Source of the DNA: Antedon mediterranea
Taxonomy: Eukaryota; Animalia; Echinodermata
Reading direction: 5' to 3'
Length of the DNA stretch: 64,000 bases
Assembly (NCBI RefSeq): GCF_964355755.1
Contig: NC_092671.1
Coordinates: 13,764,001 to 13,828,000 of the forward strand
The notes under the pieces are model-generated. The model had not been told where the DNA came from, did not search any database, and worked only from the letters and a program-made list of their open reading frames with translations. Both the position numbers and the translations under genes were made by a program. Of the stretch, positions 23,701 to 38,700 are shown piece after piece (within the stretch, counting starts at the first letter, position 1; each line of letters begins with the position of its first letter).

Positions 23701-26700
23701 TTCATCTAAATGAAAAAAAAGTCTTTCTTTATCACTGAAAATACGGTATTAAAACATCTACAAGAACATTTAGAGATAATATGAGTACAATCATCTTACA
23801 GCTACTATTCTTGCAAGTAGATCTTCTGCAGTTGCCTCTCCTCCACATTCCGATATCTCAGGTGTAGAGTACCACATAGCTGTACTCAATCCATCACTAA
23901 CACAAGTCCAATTAGCCGCTGGCTCACCATCTAAAACAAGAAGTTTACATTTTATTAAATTACATTTGCAACAACCCGGACCTAATATTGTGATGTAGGG
24001 TTTGCATAGCCACATATACAATTCAAAATAAAGCATAAATATTTCTCCCTTTCTGGCAAATAAGTGAGTAAGTGGCCGAGTGGGTAAGACAGTGGAAACG
24101 TAATCCAGCCATAACATTAACAATGGTTCGAGGCTCACTTGCTCCATGGTTCTGGTGGTAGAACAAGTCTTCTTCTTCCAGTGTAATCGCACTATAAAGA
24201 ACCTAGTACATCTTGTGAGACGAGTATGGGGTTACCCCGGTGTACTAGTTTACATTCAATCACTGTGTCGTGGACAGATGAGAGAGTGCCCTATAGTGGC
24301 TGCACTGACATGACGTGACCTTAGGGGAGTTGAAAAGTGTAACATCTGAGTCCACAGCGCATAGAGAATGTATTATGCACTATACAAATTTAAAACCATT
24401 AACCATAAAACTATTAAATATTGCTTAACACATTGAAGAGTATTGCTGAGTATTTGCATCAAAAAAAAAATAAAACTAAGGTAATACTAAACTAAGATAA
24501 TATTTTCTTACAATCTTTTTTTGTTTCATCACACTTTTCTTCTGACTCGGCAGTGTGTCCAACTAATGTATCAGGAAATGTATAACCATTATATTCATCT
24601 TCAAAGCACATTTCTGTGAAGACAAGTCATCATTCTTACTTCTTCTTAACATGCTAAATGTGTAGATCTTGGAATTGTTAAATATTTTAATTCAAACTTT
24701 GTGACAAAATTCTCAACTGGTCAGCGGATAATACAATAACAACTGTCATACATACACATTCACTAAGTGACTTAAACATAGAAATAACAGTAAGTACAGT
24801 TATGAATAAACTTATTGTGTGGGGTATTTAGAGACTAGATTGGTGGGCGATTGAAATGTTTTGGCCATTAAACAAATTTTATTTTATTTTTTTTATATTT
24901 TTTTTATTTATTTATTTATTTTTTACAATTTTAATTTACTTTACCAGCAGTTTTAACATTGATAATGTTCGGGTCAAAATATCCATTTGAATTTATTCCA
25001 ACTTGCAACAGTGATGACAATAAAATATCAATATAGTCTTTTGGTGAAACATCTAACATGTACACATAGAAGTTGAAATCAGCAATGACACTTCCTGCTT
25101 GTAAACTTCTCACTTGTATGTAAGGATTATTTGGCAATGATGAGTCATTCAACTAAAAATATAAATAAATAGTTTTGTATCATTGTATTGTGGTTTATGT
25201 AAAACTTTTTTCACTTTTTTTAAGAGGTGTTAAATGTTGAATAGAAAGACTAATATGGGAATGTGAACATAAATTAGGAATGTCAGGGCATGGAAAAGTT
25301 TCCTAATGATAATGTAAGTAAGGCTACATTGAACACATTTTAAAATAATATTTTGCTATTTATCTTCAAATCCCTTCAAAATTCCTTGCCTGCTTTTATT
25401 ATATTATAACTATACATTCCTATGAGATCTTGCGATCTAGTTCAGTGAATTTCTACTCACTCTTTCCATCCATCAGCCAACAAAGCATTATGGTTTTCAT
25501 TCCTTTTCTTGGGCCTCTGTTGCCCTTTGGAACGGTTTACTAATCTTTATCCGTCAGGCTAATCGCTTATTTTAAGGCTGCTCTGAAAACTCGCCTTTTC
25601 AACTCTTACAGTAGTTTTCCGCTTTTTATATCTTTTGTTAAGCGCATTGAGGCTTTGCTTAATGCGCTATATAAGTCAAATCTATTAGTATTATTATTTA
25701 AATCATTATAGGAGATTGAGTTCAAATTGTATTATTTGTTATTTTAAGTAAAGTTGGTTTCAGAAATTGAAGCAAACAACTTACAAATGCTGTGATAGTG
25801 GAAGACAGCTCTTGATAATCAACGCTAGATGGATTCTGCAAACTTTCAGTAAACTCCAATTCTTGAAATATCAAAGTGACCTGAAAAGTTGACACTCCTA
25901 TTATACAAAATAAAATGTGTAAATAAATAAGATACAGAGAACCCCACAAAAAATAGTATGTTTAAAAACCATGTATAGGTGTGTTTTGATGCAAATGATA
26001 TTAATAGATGGAAATGATGTTTCCACTAATAAATGAATGACTCACCAATAATAGTTTGAGCAGCTTTAAAAGAGGTGCTGATAATGCTGGAATGTAGACC
26101 AACACCTGAGCCACTACACCAGTAATAACCCAGTGCATCAAACGTCATTAATACTGATAGCACTTCTTTATTTACAGAATCAGTAATAGGAACATCATCT
26201 TTGAACCATTGCCAATCAACAGAATTGTCAATCTTACAATAGAGAGACACTGTAGTATACAAAGTCACTCTATTTGAAAGTGGAGATCTTGAAACATAAG
26301 GAGGATCTGTAAACCCAAAATAAAAGTGTTAATACTTTGTTTCAGATGTCTGTGTTGGTTACTAGTTCGTAGTTCCTTATTAAAATTCAATTAAAGGGAC
26401 AGTCACAAATATTTGAAAAAACAGATTTTAATACGTAATAACTGTCTAATTGAGTTGTTATTGCATCAACATGTTAGCCTTGACCTCCTGTACTTCTTCC
26501 GGTAAAAGTTCAATAATGTTTTATGCATTTACGCCCTCCACGGCGAACAAGTAACTGGCTTTATGAACGTTATAACACTTGACCTACTTAACTTTTTCAA
26601 AATATTTTGTCATTAATCGATCACCCTTGACCTACTCTAACATTTTCCACCCTAGTTCCGCGAACTTTTTTGCATCTACGCCCTCTACGGCGAACAAGTA

Positions 26701-29700
26701 ACTGGCTTTATGAACGTTATAACACTTGACCTACTTAACTTTTTCAAAATATTTTGTCATGAATCGATCACCCTTGACCCCCCCTTGACCTACTTTACAA
26801 TTTGCCACCCCAATTCTGCGAACTGTTTTGCATCTACGCCCTCTACGGCGAATAAGTAACTGGCTTTACGAACGTTATAACACTTGACCTACTTAATTTT
26901 TTCAAAATAATTTGGTATGAATCGATCACCATTGACCTACTTTACCATTTGCCATCCCAGTTCCGCGAACTTTTTTGCATCTACGCCCTCTATGGCGAAT
27001 AAGTAACTGGCTTTTACGAACGTTAACACTTGACCTACTTATTTTTTTCAAAATATTTTGTTATGGATCGATCACCCTTGACCTACTTTACCATTTGCCA
27101 CCCTAGTTACGCGAACTTTTTTGCATAGTTTTGCTATTATAACGTCTATAAGCCTAAACCGTTTTCAGGTAGTTTTTAAAAACATTATTTCAACATTTAT
27201 TTTTGTGCGCTATAGACGGGTACTGTAGAAAATATAGTTTATAAAATATTACATTCGATTACAACTGTTGTATTGTGTTGAAAACGACTATTATCACTCA
27301 AGGACTAATTTTGTTTGTTGTTAACGTTTTCCGTCTTTCGACATTACGCTTTCCACAATTTGTTTCCATTTCTTTCTGTTTATGGCAGGATGGTTTGTTA
27401 ATGTGCGCTTTTAATTGTTAATTAATAAAGGATTATTAATGAATATGTTTTCAGGTAACAGTTGATATAATGAAAGTAAAAAAAACACATTAATGCCTAT
27501 TTCACCTAATTGTTTAGTGGGTACTGTACCAATATAGTTTTAAAAATGTCACTGTATATTGTGTTTAAATGACTATTATCACTCAATGAATAGTGTGCGC
27601 TTGAATTGTTAATTAATAAAGGATCATTAATGCATATGTTTTCAGGTAACAGTTGATATACCGGTAATGAAATTATTAAAAAAAAACACATTAAAGGCCT
27701 ATTTCCCAATATGTTAATTTTGTTGTTATAAAGTCTATAAGCCTAAACCGTTTTTCAAACAATATTTCACCCAATTATTTAGTTTGTGAGGTATAGACGG
27801 GTACTGTAAAATATAGTTTAAAAAATATATTACAATAAAGTATATTGTGTTTAAACGACTATAATCACTCAATGAATATTGGTGCGCTTTAAACGGCAAC
27901 AGTATTAATGAATATGTTAATTTTGCTGTTATAAGGTAGTGTAAACTGTTTTTAAGTAACAGTTGTTGTAATGACATTTGAAAAAACCGTCAGTACAAAC
28001 TTGTTTGTTTGTGCGCTTATAGAATGGGTACTGTAAGCAAGTTTACAAAGATATTACATTTGATCGATTGCAACTGTTGCAATTAATGAGAAAAAGTAGG
28101 CCGGCATAACATTTAATGAAGTGGGGCGGTATTGAATAAACTATGCAGTGTGTCGTCACATGTTGACCTAAGATAGAGCCTCTTTAAATGCTGTTTTAAT
28201 TTCAGGTAGTTATGTTTTACTTGTGTTGAAAAGTCTTAATGAATAAAATGGAATAATGACTTGTGGTTATCGTTTATAACCAAACTGTTGTATTTGTGTT
28301 TGCCTCAGAAGTTATCTTCTAAAATCGCATGTTGTGTAACAAGTCAAAACAAAACTATATAATGAATTCGCCGTAAAAGTACATAGGTACAAGTTACTTA
28401 TTCGCCGTAGAGGGCGTAGATGCAAAAAAGTTCGCGGAACTTGGGTGGCAAATGGTAAAGTAGGTCAAGGGTCATCGATCTATACCAAAATATTTGAAAA
28501 TATTAAGTAGGTCAAGTGTTATAACGTTCGTAAAAGCTAGTTACTTATTCGCCATAGAGGGGGTAAATGCATAAAATGTTATTGAAATTTGACCGGAAGA
28601 AGTAGAGGAGGTCAAGGCTAACATGTTGATGCAATAACAACTCAATTAGACAGTTATTACGTATTAAAATCTGTTTTTTCAAATATTTGTGACTGTCCCT
28701 TTAATTGAACTTGAATAAGGAACTAGGCCTAGTAACCAACTTCTCATTTCTTTGTTTCACTCTAGTCTTATGTGTAGGTCTATATGTAGTCAACAAGAAA
28801 AAAGTCTCACTTGATTGAATTTCACAGAATATTCCTTCAAATCCAGGTGCACACACACAATATGAACCACAAGATGCTTGAAGACAGGTTGCACGATTCT
28901 GACATAGATTTCTACCACATGCATTGTTACCTGAAACTGAAATTAACATTTAGTGTTGTGACGTGCAGTCAAAACAAATACAGCGTCCATAGAAACAGAC
29001 CATAATTATAATATCTGTTTATATTATAAACAGAATTATATTTAGTATTCATCATCATCATCAGCCGTTGTCAGTCAACTGCTGGACGAAAGCCTCAGCA
29101 TGTTTCTGCCATAGTGAACGATCTCTAGCTGCTCCCTGCCACTGCACTGTACCCCAATACTTGTCTATTTCATCTCGCCATCTCACTCTTTGTCTTCCTC
29201 TATTTCTGCTCCCGTCCATGGGTCTCCATGATGTCATTAGCGAAGTCCATCTATTGTCTGTTCTCCTACTGATATGTCCAGCTCACTTCCACTTATTATG
29301 CAGTAATAAAGACGTAAAATAAACAAATACACAAAGAGCCAAGAGAAAGGCTTTCATTGGTGTATTGAAAACTAAGCATGATTGTAGTAGAAAAATAGTA
29401 GAAAAGAAAGTTTTTAAACGTACATGTCTCACAGAAATGTCCACTGTAGCAATTTTGACAGCTACACGTGTAAGCAATACATGAACCAGAAACCTGGACA
29501 CAACCAGCTCCATTTTGACAGGTATGACCGGAACAAGCATTTAATACTGAAATATACAATAAATTATATTTTACTTTCTCTTGATATAGGCCTAGTTGAT
29601 TTGTAGAGATTAAATTTTATCTACATTTTGTGTTGTTTTAAACTTACATGTCTCACAGAACTGTCCAGTGTAGCATGATGGACAAGTACATGTGTACGCA

Positions 29701-32700
29701 GTACAGGAACCAGAAACCTGGACACAAGCAGCTCCATTTTGACAGGCATTATTGGAACAAGCATTTAATACTGAAATATTAAATAATTAAGTAATATTTT
29801 ACTTTCTCTTGATATAGTTGGTTTGTAGAAATTATATTAAACATTTTGTGGTGTTTTTAAACTTACATGTCTCACAGAATGTTCCAGTGTAACATGATGG
29901 ACAAGTACATGTGTACGCAGTACAGGAACCAGAAACCTGGACACAAGCAGCTCCATTTTGACAGGCATGATTGGAACAAGCATTTAATACTGAAATATTA
30001 AATAATTAAGTAATATTTTACTTTCTCTTGATATAGTTGGTTTGTAGAAATTATATTTTATCTACATTTTGTGGTGTTTTTAAACTTACCTGTTTCACAG
30101 AATGATCCAGAGAAACATCCTGTACATGTACAAGTGTAAGCAGTACATGAACCAGCAACAGTGTTACAAGCAGCTCCATTCTGACAAAGGTTACCACTAC
30201 AAGCATTCACAGCTGTAATATTGAACTAGAATTTAATTCGTCACTTTGACGAATTATAGGTGATCATTTTTATCATTTTAATAAAATTAACATTTTTTAA
30301 ACATGCATGTACGTTAACATACGATCGTTAAAAGTTGATGTACGCCATCCTATGACATGATGCATATACACTTATAGTGCTGAGTTCTACCTATTATGTG
30401 TCATACAATATGTACAGTATATACTGTATATCTATATACAGTGTAGCATAGGTGAAATTACGGGACTCATATCGTGTTCTAATTTTTTGGTATGATGGAA
30501 TTTTCAAAATAAACTCGAAGATGACGATTTCGAAAGATAATGAATTGAACAAATAAATATAAGGATTGGAAGAAAATTTGACACGTAGAAGCGCAATGCG
30601 CGGTCTTTGAAATTTGTATAACTTTGACTAAAGAAATTTAAAAACTACTTTTTAACTTCAACTGGCCATATGATAACATCACAACATCCGATAGGCTTAA
30701 TTTTAATATGAATTCATATCTACATTTCATCAGCTTTCATAATAAGTTATAATCTTCAAGGTCACCTTTAATTCTGAAGAGCTATAAGATATTCAAATGT
30801 ATGGTGTAGCTGAAATTACACGACCTAGGTTATTCAAGTTTTTACGCGTGATGACGTAATAAAAATAAAAATGTTGACAACTCATTAGAAGAATAATTAA
30901 TTGAGCAAGCACATACTAAAAGTTGTGCGAAAATCGGGCTCAAATAACGGAGATGCGCTCTATTGAATGTGATAACCCACACAAAAAGATAAAAATTCCT
31001 AATTTTTAAATTCAAGTGGCCATTTGATGACGTCATACCATTTTGTACGTCTAATGTGTATATACATTTGTATCTACAACTTATTGGCTTCCATAATAAG
31101 TTAAAAAAATTGGGGGTCATCTGCCATTCTGAAGAGTTATATTCCTGAAAACGATCAAAGGAGCGCCTAAAATAGCGCTCCCCAACCTGTTACAGTGCGT
31201 CATAAAAATATATATAATGATAACAATATTAACCCCGAATACAACACACAGTCTATATATAGTCGCGCAAACGATCTTTGTTATGGCTACCCCCGATAGG
31301 CTAGGCGCGCCTACGATCTTTGATGTTGTGAGAAAAATATCGTAAACAATTCATTCTAAATATAGTATCAGAACGTTCAATCGGTAGCTCAAAAAGACTG
31401 CCGTCAGAAGACCGTAATTATACAGACCTAGTTTTTTTGGTCACATGGCATGAAACGCGATACTCTCTGCTTTACCGCAACATCTCACATGTTTTTTTTT
31501 AAACAACTCAGTATGTGAGGGTGGTGCGGGGGGTGGTGGCTGCCGACGATAAACAGTAATTATAGATCGTGTACCTGGATTTTGTGTCACATGACATGAA
31601 ACACTCTCTCTGATCTTAATAACTGCTCACATGTTTTCCCCTCCAAATTCTGGTCGGGCCTTTTCTTATACTAGGGATAACGATGTAAAATTAAAAGTTA
31701 ATATTTTTCAAACAAATTATACATTGCCTGTTAGTATTTTGTATCAATATTATAATAAAGAAAGAATTATGAAAATATGACTTGTAGTTTTCGAAATATA
31801 GGGTTTAAAACATCGCCGAAAATGATCGTTTTTAGCCACGAACGATGTAAACAAATTGCGCCCTCAGTCGACAATTGTATGAACTAGTCATTTTTCGTAA
31901 AAATAATTATATAAAATCACGATTTTAAGTAAGATATTTTATATATCAACATTGTAAAATTCAATAAAATATGATATTACTTATTTATTATATAAAAAAG
32001 AGTGTTTATTTAACCTCGTTCGAAGAATTTCAATGCATTATTTTCCTGTGTAATTGGACAGGCCTGACACCATGTGACTTCACGGCACTCGCGAGAAAAT
32101 TATTCCGCTGTGTGTTGAATCGCGTCAACCAATCAAAGGGCGAGAATCCAAAATCGTTCAACCGTGAGACTTGCGGAGCGGTCGAATGCGGAGGTTTGAT
32201 TGGCTTGCGATGACATCATACCATAAAATGGCGTTTTTGTAGTTGAGCCCCTCGGAATTTTTCAAAAATTATTTAAAAAATGGACTAAACGGATATTTTT
32301 TATGGTATATGGGTTGTTACTATGAAATATTCGAATCATAAAGGCCTCATATCGGGATAAAATTGTTTTTTTAGCAGTTAAAATTAATATTTTTCTTAGT
32401 AACAAGCACATGGTATGTGGAACTATATTATCTTGGTGTAGGAATAAAAAACATTTTGAGGTCATAAGAGGCTCAACTACAAAAATAAGGTTGAAATGGT
32501 AGGTCATTGAGCCTTCCGAGGGTTTCGTAGTAAACAAAAGCTATACGCGCTAGGCGATAACGATCTTTTAACCACTATATTCACATTTTTGGTTGAATGA
32601 AATGGAAATAAAAAATACTTGAGCTTATAGAATAATAGGTAAATAAATATATACTCAAAATAATATATTTATAATTAATTTATTTTCAGAACAATTACCT

Positions 32701-35700
32701 AATAAAAAGTGTTTACCAAAGTAAAAAAACACCGCGTCAATGACATTGCGCGCATAGTAACGTGCGCGCTGTTTAATCGTGGTAATGAAAATGGAGTCAG
32801 CTCTCGGTATCCCTACTTATACACATGTCGCCTTTATATTAAATCTTATAGTAATTAATATGGAATATATATTTATTTTGCATATATTTTGTTGGTGTCC
32901 TAGCCTAGGTGTCGTTGTTTTTATAATTCGCTAACTCAAGGTAGGATTAAATAATTTATAGTGTAGGCCGCCGAAACTAGACTAGGCCTAGATAGATAGC
33001 CTCGACTCTCTCTGCGTGAGCTGAGAGGTCCACGGACCCGATGTCGTCTCGTCGGCGGATTTCCGTCCAAATTAGGATAACCGATGCGTAGGCCTAGCTA
33101 GGGTGGCTACAAAAATTGACGTCTACTATCTTTAGATAGGATTTTAATTAGCAAACAATACATTGTTTGTTTGCATTGTCCATGCTTCTAAAGTAAAGGC
33201 GATGACAATGGTGTTTACTAACCCTACGAACCACCCTACGATCGACGCGTAGATAATTATCATAACAATACATCGTAGACTACGTTCAGAGAACAATGAC
33301 CTACGATGAATTTTACGTGCGAGAGTACCATTTCCGGCCATCTAGAGGTGTCATTTATCAAAATTCGGCTCGCCACAGGCCCAACCATGGTGGGCCTGTG
33401 CCTCGAATACTTAATCTAAATAATGGCTCTCCTCAACATATTGAGGAGAGCCATTAGGAGCTCTCCTCTTATATTTATAAATCAAGGTCTGAACGTCCTT
33501 ATTTTTTACCATTTTTAGCACTTTTGTACAATTAGTGTGCGCATTTTGTCATTTTTAACGTGCTCGTATAGCGTTATTTTAAGTCGGAATGGACTCAAAA
33601 TTGGTGAATGTACTAAGGATTGTGAGTAGAATGTGATTTATACATCAAATTTTATTTTTTTACGCATTTTAAGAAATGTGCGCACAAAAACGCATTTTTG
33701 CGCAGTAATTTTTTGAAACGCGCAAATGGCCTAATTCATGCTCTAAATTGATCAAAACCTAATTTTGCGCGTTTTAAATTTTTAACGCGCGATTTCACGT
33801 GCATGACCTTGAAATGCGCAACTTTTTATTTGATAATATTTTTACCCTTGACCTGAAGTTTACCTGTAGTGAATTTCATTAATATGTCATAATGAGTTAT
33901 GGAGATATGATTGATAATGTGATTTTACAAAATGGCGTATAAATGACGTCACGGATGAGTGATCACGCTGGAAAGCTGATTAGGATTAAGTTATATTATT
34001 TGAAAGATATTCTGAAATTTTGGTAATCATTGACATTAAACTTTTTGAGATAATTGTTACACAAAATAGTGTACAGAAACAATAAAAAGAAAAAAAAAAA
34101 TAATAATAATAATAAAGATTTCATACAATAACAATAGGTGATCATTTTATTCTAAATGATCACCTAATAAGTATGGTGAAATTATTTATCAATTAAATTA
34201 ACATGAACATATTGAAACAACAAAGTTTTGTATTACAGTGTGTATATTTAGTTTTTTTTTGTGGCTAATTTTTTATTTTTTAAAATAAATCTGATGATAA
34301 ATTAACCAATTGAACTAAATTTAATTGGTATTAAATTAAATATTGCAAAGCAAAACTAGGATTTTGATGGGCATCAACAAACCTTTGTAATATACAAATA
34401 CTAAACAAACGTATACTAAGTACAGTATTATAGAACATCATTCTCTTTTTCCATATTTTGAACCTTTCAATAATGTGTTGTACAACTCATAGAGGTACTC
34501 ATGTTGGATTTCTTAATAACATTCTTAATCAATTATCATAGCAAACTTTCATTTGTTGGTTTTTTTTGTAGATTGCAATATTTGCTTTAATTTTAAAGAT
34601 GTATTGTCCCATATTGTCCCTTGAAACACAAAGAATGAAGGTTAAAATATTCTAAATTTAAATTGGCCATATCAAAGTAATATTCAAGTTATTCACTTTG
34701 AGTCGAAAATTCAAGCCAAAAACAACAAGTTTACGTAATTAACAGGTAAATTAATTTGATTACATTTCGTCTGGAAAATCGTCGCGAAAGAAAGTAAACA
34801 AAGATTTCAAACCACGAGTATGCATTATGCATGATGCTAATTAGGATTGTTTACAATTCGTCACGGTTGAGAAGGTGTTCTCACACAGATCGCAAGGAAG
34901 TTTTATGATTATGCATACAGAGTAGCCAAACAAGCATGTTGCATTATGAGATATGTTTTGATCAAGTCAAGTTTTGAAACTAAGCTATATGATTTTTGTC
35001 ACTATATTAATGGGAACACCCAAGCAATATAAATCTATATATTTATGTATTAGGAATTCATTCACATGACAATCTTGTTCAAGGACAAACATATACACAA
35101 GATGCTTCACCAAAATAATCTTGGGAGTGGAACTGTTGATTAAATTATTTAGGATATCAAAATAAATAAAACCTATAAAACCTAGATAATGTAGGTTAGC
35201 CAATCTCCCTGAGAATGTTGGTTTTCTTACAGGATGTTAATGTTTCACAGAATGGTCCACTGAAGCAAGATGAACAGCTACAGGTGTAATCAGTACAGGA
35301 ACCAGCAACTGGGACACAAGCAGCTCTATTTTGACAGGCATGATTGGTACAAGCATTTGCTGAATTAAATAAAATGAATATCATTGGGATGTTATAAGCA
35401 ATCAAATAGTGTGAATGTTATAAACATTATAAAGTATATCATAATTATTTAAACATACATTAAATAAGAAACATATTACAAAAAAAAGATATGATAATGA
35501 TCTATCTTAATGGAGTTGGACGTTGTATTACATCAAAGTACAGAAGCAATCAAATGCCATAATTCAATATATAATAGCGCGCATTTCTATATTAACTATA
35601 ATTATGTTACAAGTCAATGCTTTATTTAAATCTTACCTGTTTCACAGAATGCTCCAGAGAAACATGATGGACATGTACATATGTAAGCAGTACAGGAACC

Positions 35701-38700
35701 AGCAACAGGATTACAAGCAGCTCCATTCTGACAAAGGTTACCACTGCAAGCAATCACAGCTGTAATATTGAATAAGTATGGTGAAATTATTTATCATACA
35801 ATTAACATGAACATACTGAAACAACAAAAACTGTTGTACACACTGTTGAGCTACTACTTTTGTAATAAAATGTGTATATTTAGTTTTGTTTGCTTTATTT
35901 AATTATTTATTTTTTGTGAGCAATTTTCTATTTTTTCAAGATTAAGATTTTAATTGAACTAAATTAAATTGTTATTATTAAATGTTGCAAAGCAAAACCC
36001 AAGACATGAGAATGCGGTATAAGTACTATAACAGGTTTTTAAATCTGTAACATTAAATCAATATTTTACTTTTTAAACCAGTTTGAATAAGACTGCAATA
36101 AATAACTCAAAATATTGTAGAAAAAAAAAGAAATCTGTTTATGAAATTATATTTGTTATCATAATAAATCCATTGTATATTGCAATCCAAATAGACTGCT
36201 GTGACCATATGTTGCTAATACAAAGTTAATGTTAACACTAATATTTAATAGCACACATTTCTATAGTATTAAACATAATAAGCCTGAAATAAAAAGATGT
36301 TACATGAACCAATAACAGTGTTACAAGCACCACCATTTTGACAAATGTTATTACTACAAGCATTCACACCTGTAATATTGAATAAGTATGGTGAAATTAT
36401 ATATCAATAAAATTAACATGAACATATTAAAACAATAGTGTATTGTATTGTATTGTGTATATTTAGCTTTTTTTTGTGGCTAATTTTGTATTTTTTAAAA
36501 ATAAATCTGATGATAAATTAACCAATTGAACTAAATTTAATTGGTATTAAATTAAATATTGCAAAGCAAAACTAGGATTTTGATGGGCATCAACAAACCT
36601 TTGTAATTTACAAACTAAACAAACGTATACTAAATACAGTATTATAGAACATCATTCTCTTTTCCATATTTTGAACCTTTCAATAATGTGTTGTACAACT
36701 CATAGAGGTACTCATGTTGGATTTCTTAATAACATTCTTAATCAATTATCATAGTAAACTTTCATTTGTTGGTTTTTTTGTAGATTGCAATATTTGCTTA
36801 AATTTTAAAGATGTATTGTCCCTTGAAACACAAAGAATGAAGGTTAAAATATTCTAAATTGGCCATATCAAAGTAATATTAAAGTTATTTTAGCTACCTT
36901 TTGTGGTGTTTTTAAACTTACCTGTTTCGCAGAATGATCCAGAGAAACATCCTGTACATGTACAAGTGTAAGCAGTACATGAACCAGCAACAGTGTTACA
37001 AGCAGCTCCATTCTGACAAAGGTTACCACTGCAAGCAATCACAGCTGTAATATTGAATAAGTATGGTGAAATTATTTATCAATTAAATTAACATCAACAT
37101 ATTGAAACAACAAAGTTTTGTATTACAGTGTGTATATTTAGTTTTTTTTTGTGGCTAATTTTCTATTTTTTAAAATAAATCTGATGATAAATTAACCAAT
37201 TGAACTAAATTTAATTGGTATTAAATTAAATATTGCAAAGCAACACTAGGATTTTGATGGGCATCAACAAACCTTTGTAATTTACAAATACTAAACAAAC
37301 GTATACTAAGTACAGTATTATAGAACATCATTCTCTTTTCCATATTTTGAACCTTTCAATAATGTGTTGTACAACTCATAGAGGTACTCATGTTGGATTT
37401 CTTAATAACATTCTTAATCAATTATCATAGCAAACTTTCATTTGTTGGTTTTTTTTGTAGATTGCAATATTTGCTTTAATTTTAAAGATGTATTGTCCCT
37501 TGAAACACAAAGAATGAAGGTTAAAATATTCGAAATTTAAATTGGCCATATCAAAGTAATATTAAAGTTATTCACTTTGAGTCGAAAATTCAAGCCAAAA
37601 ACAACAAGTTTACGTAATTAACAGGTAAATTAATTTTATTACATTTCGTTTGGAAAATCGTCTGGAAAATCGTCGCGAAAGAAAGTAAACAAAGATTTCA
37701 AACCACGAGTATGCATTATGCATGATGCTAATTAGGATTGTTTACAACTCGTCACGGTTGAGAAGGTGTTCTCACACAGATCGCAAGGAAGTTTTATGAT
37801 TATGCATACAGAGTAGCCAAACAAGCACGTTGCATTATGAGATATGTTTTGATCAAGTCAAGTTTTGAAACTAAGCTATATGATTTTTGTCACTATATTA
37901 ATGGGAACACCCAAGCAATATAAATCTATATATTTATGTATTAGGAATTCATTCACATGACAATCTTGTTCAAGGACAAACATATACACAAGATGCTTCA
38001 CCAAAATAATCTTGGGAGTGGAACTGTTGATTAAATTATTTAGGATATCAAAATAAATAAAACCTATAAAACCTAGATAATGTAGGTTAGCCAATCTCCC
38101 TGAGAATGTTGGTTTTCTTACAGGATGTTAATGTTTCACAGAATGGTCCACTGAAGCAAGATGAACAGCTACAGGTGTAATCAGTACAGGAACCAGCAAC
38201 CGGGACACAAGCAGCTCTATTTTGACAGGCATGATTGGTACAAGCATTTGCTGAATTAAATAAAATGAATATCATTGGGATGTTATAAGCAATCAAATAG
38301 TGTGAATGTTATAAACATTATAAAGTATATTAATCTTTAATCATATTTAAACATACATTAAATAAGAAACATATTACTAAAAAAATATATGATAATGATC
38401 TATATCTTAATGGAGTTGGACGTTGGATTACATCAAAGTACAGAAGCAATCAAATGTCATAATTCAATATATAATAGTGCGCATTTCTATATTAACTATA
38501 ATTATGTTACAATGCTTTATTTAAAACTTACCTGTTTCACAGAATGATCCAGAGAAACATGATGGACATGTACAAGTGTAAGCAGTACAGGAAAAAGCAA
38601 CAGGGTTACAAGCAGCTCCATTCTGACAAAGGTTACCACTGCAAGCAATCACAGCTGTAATATTGAATAAGCATGGTGAAATTATTTATCATACAATTAA

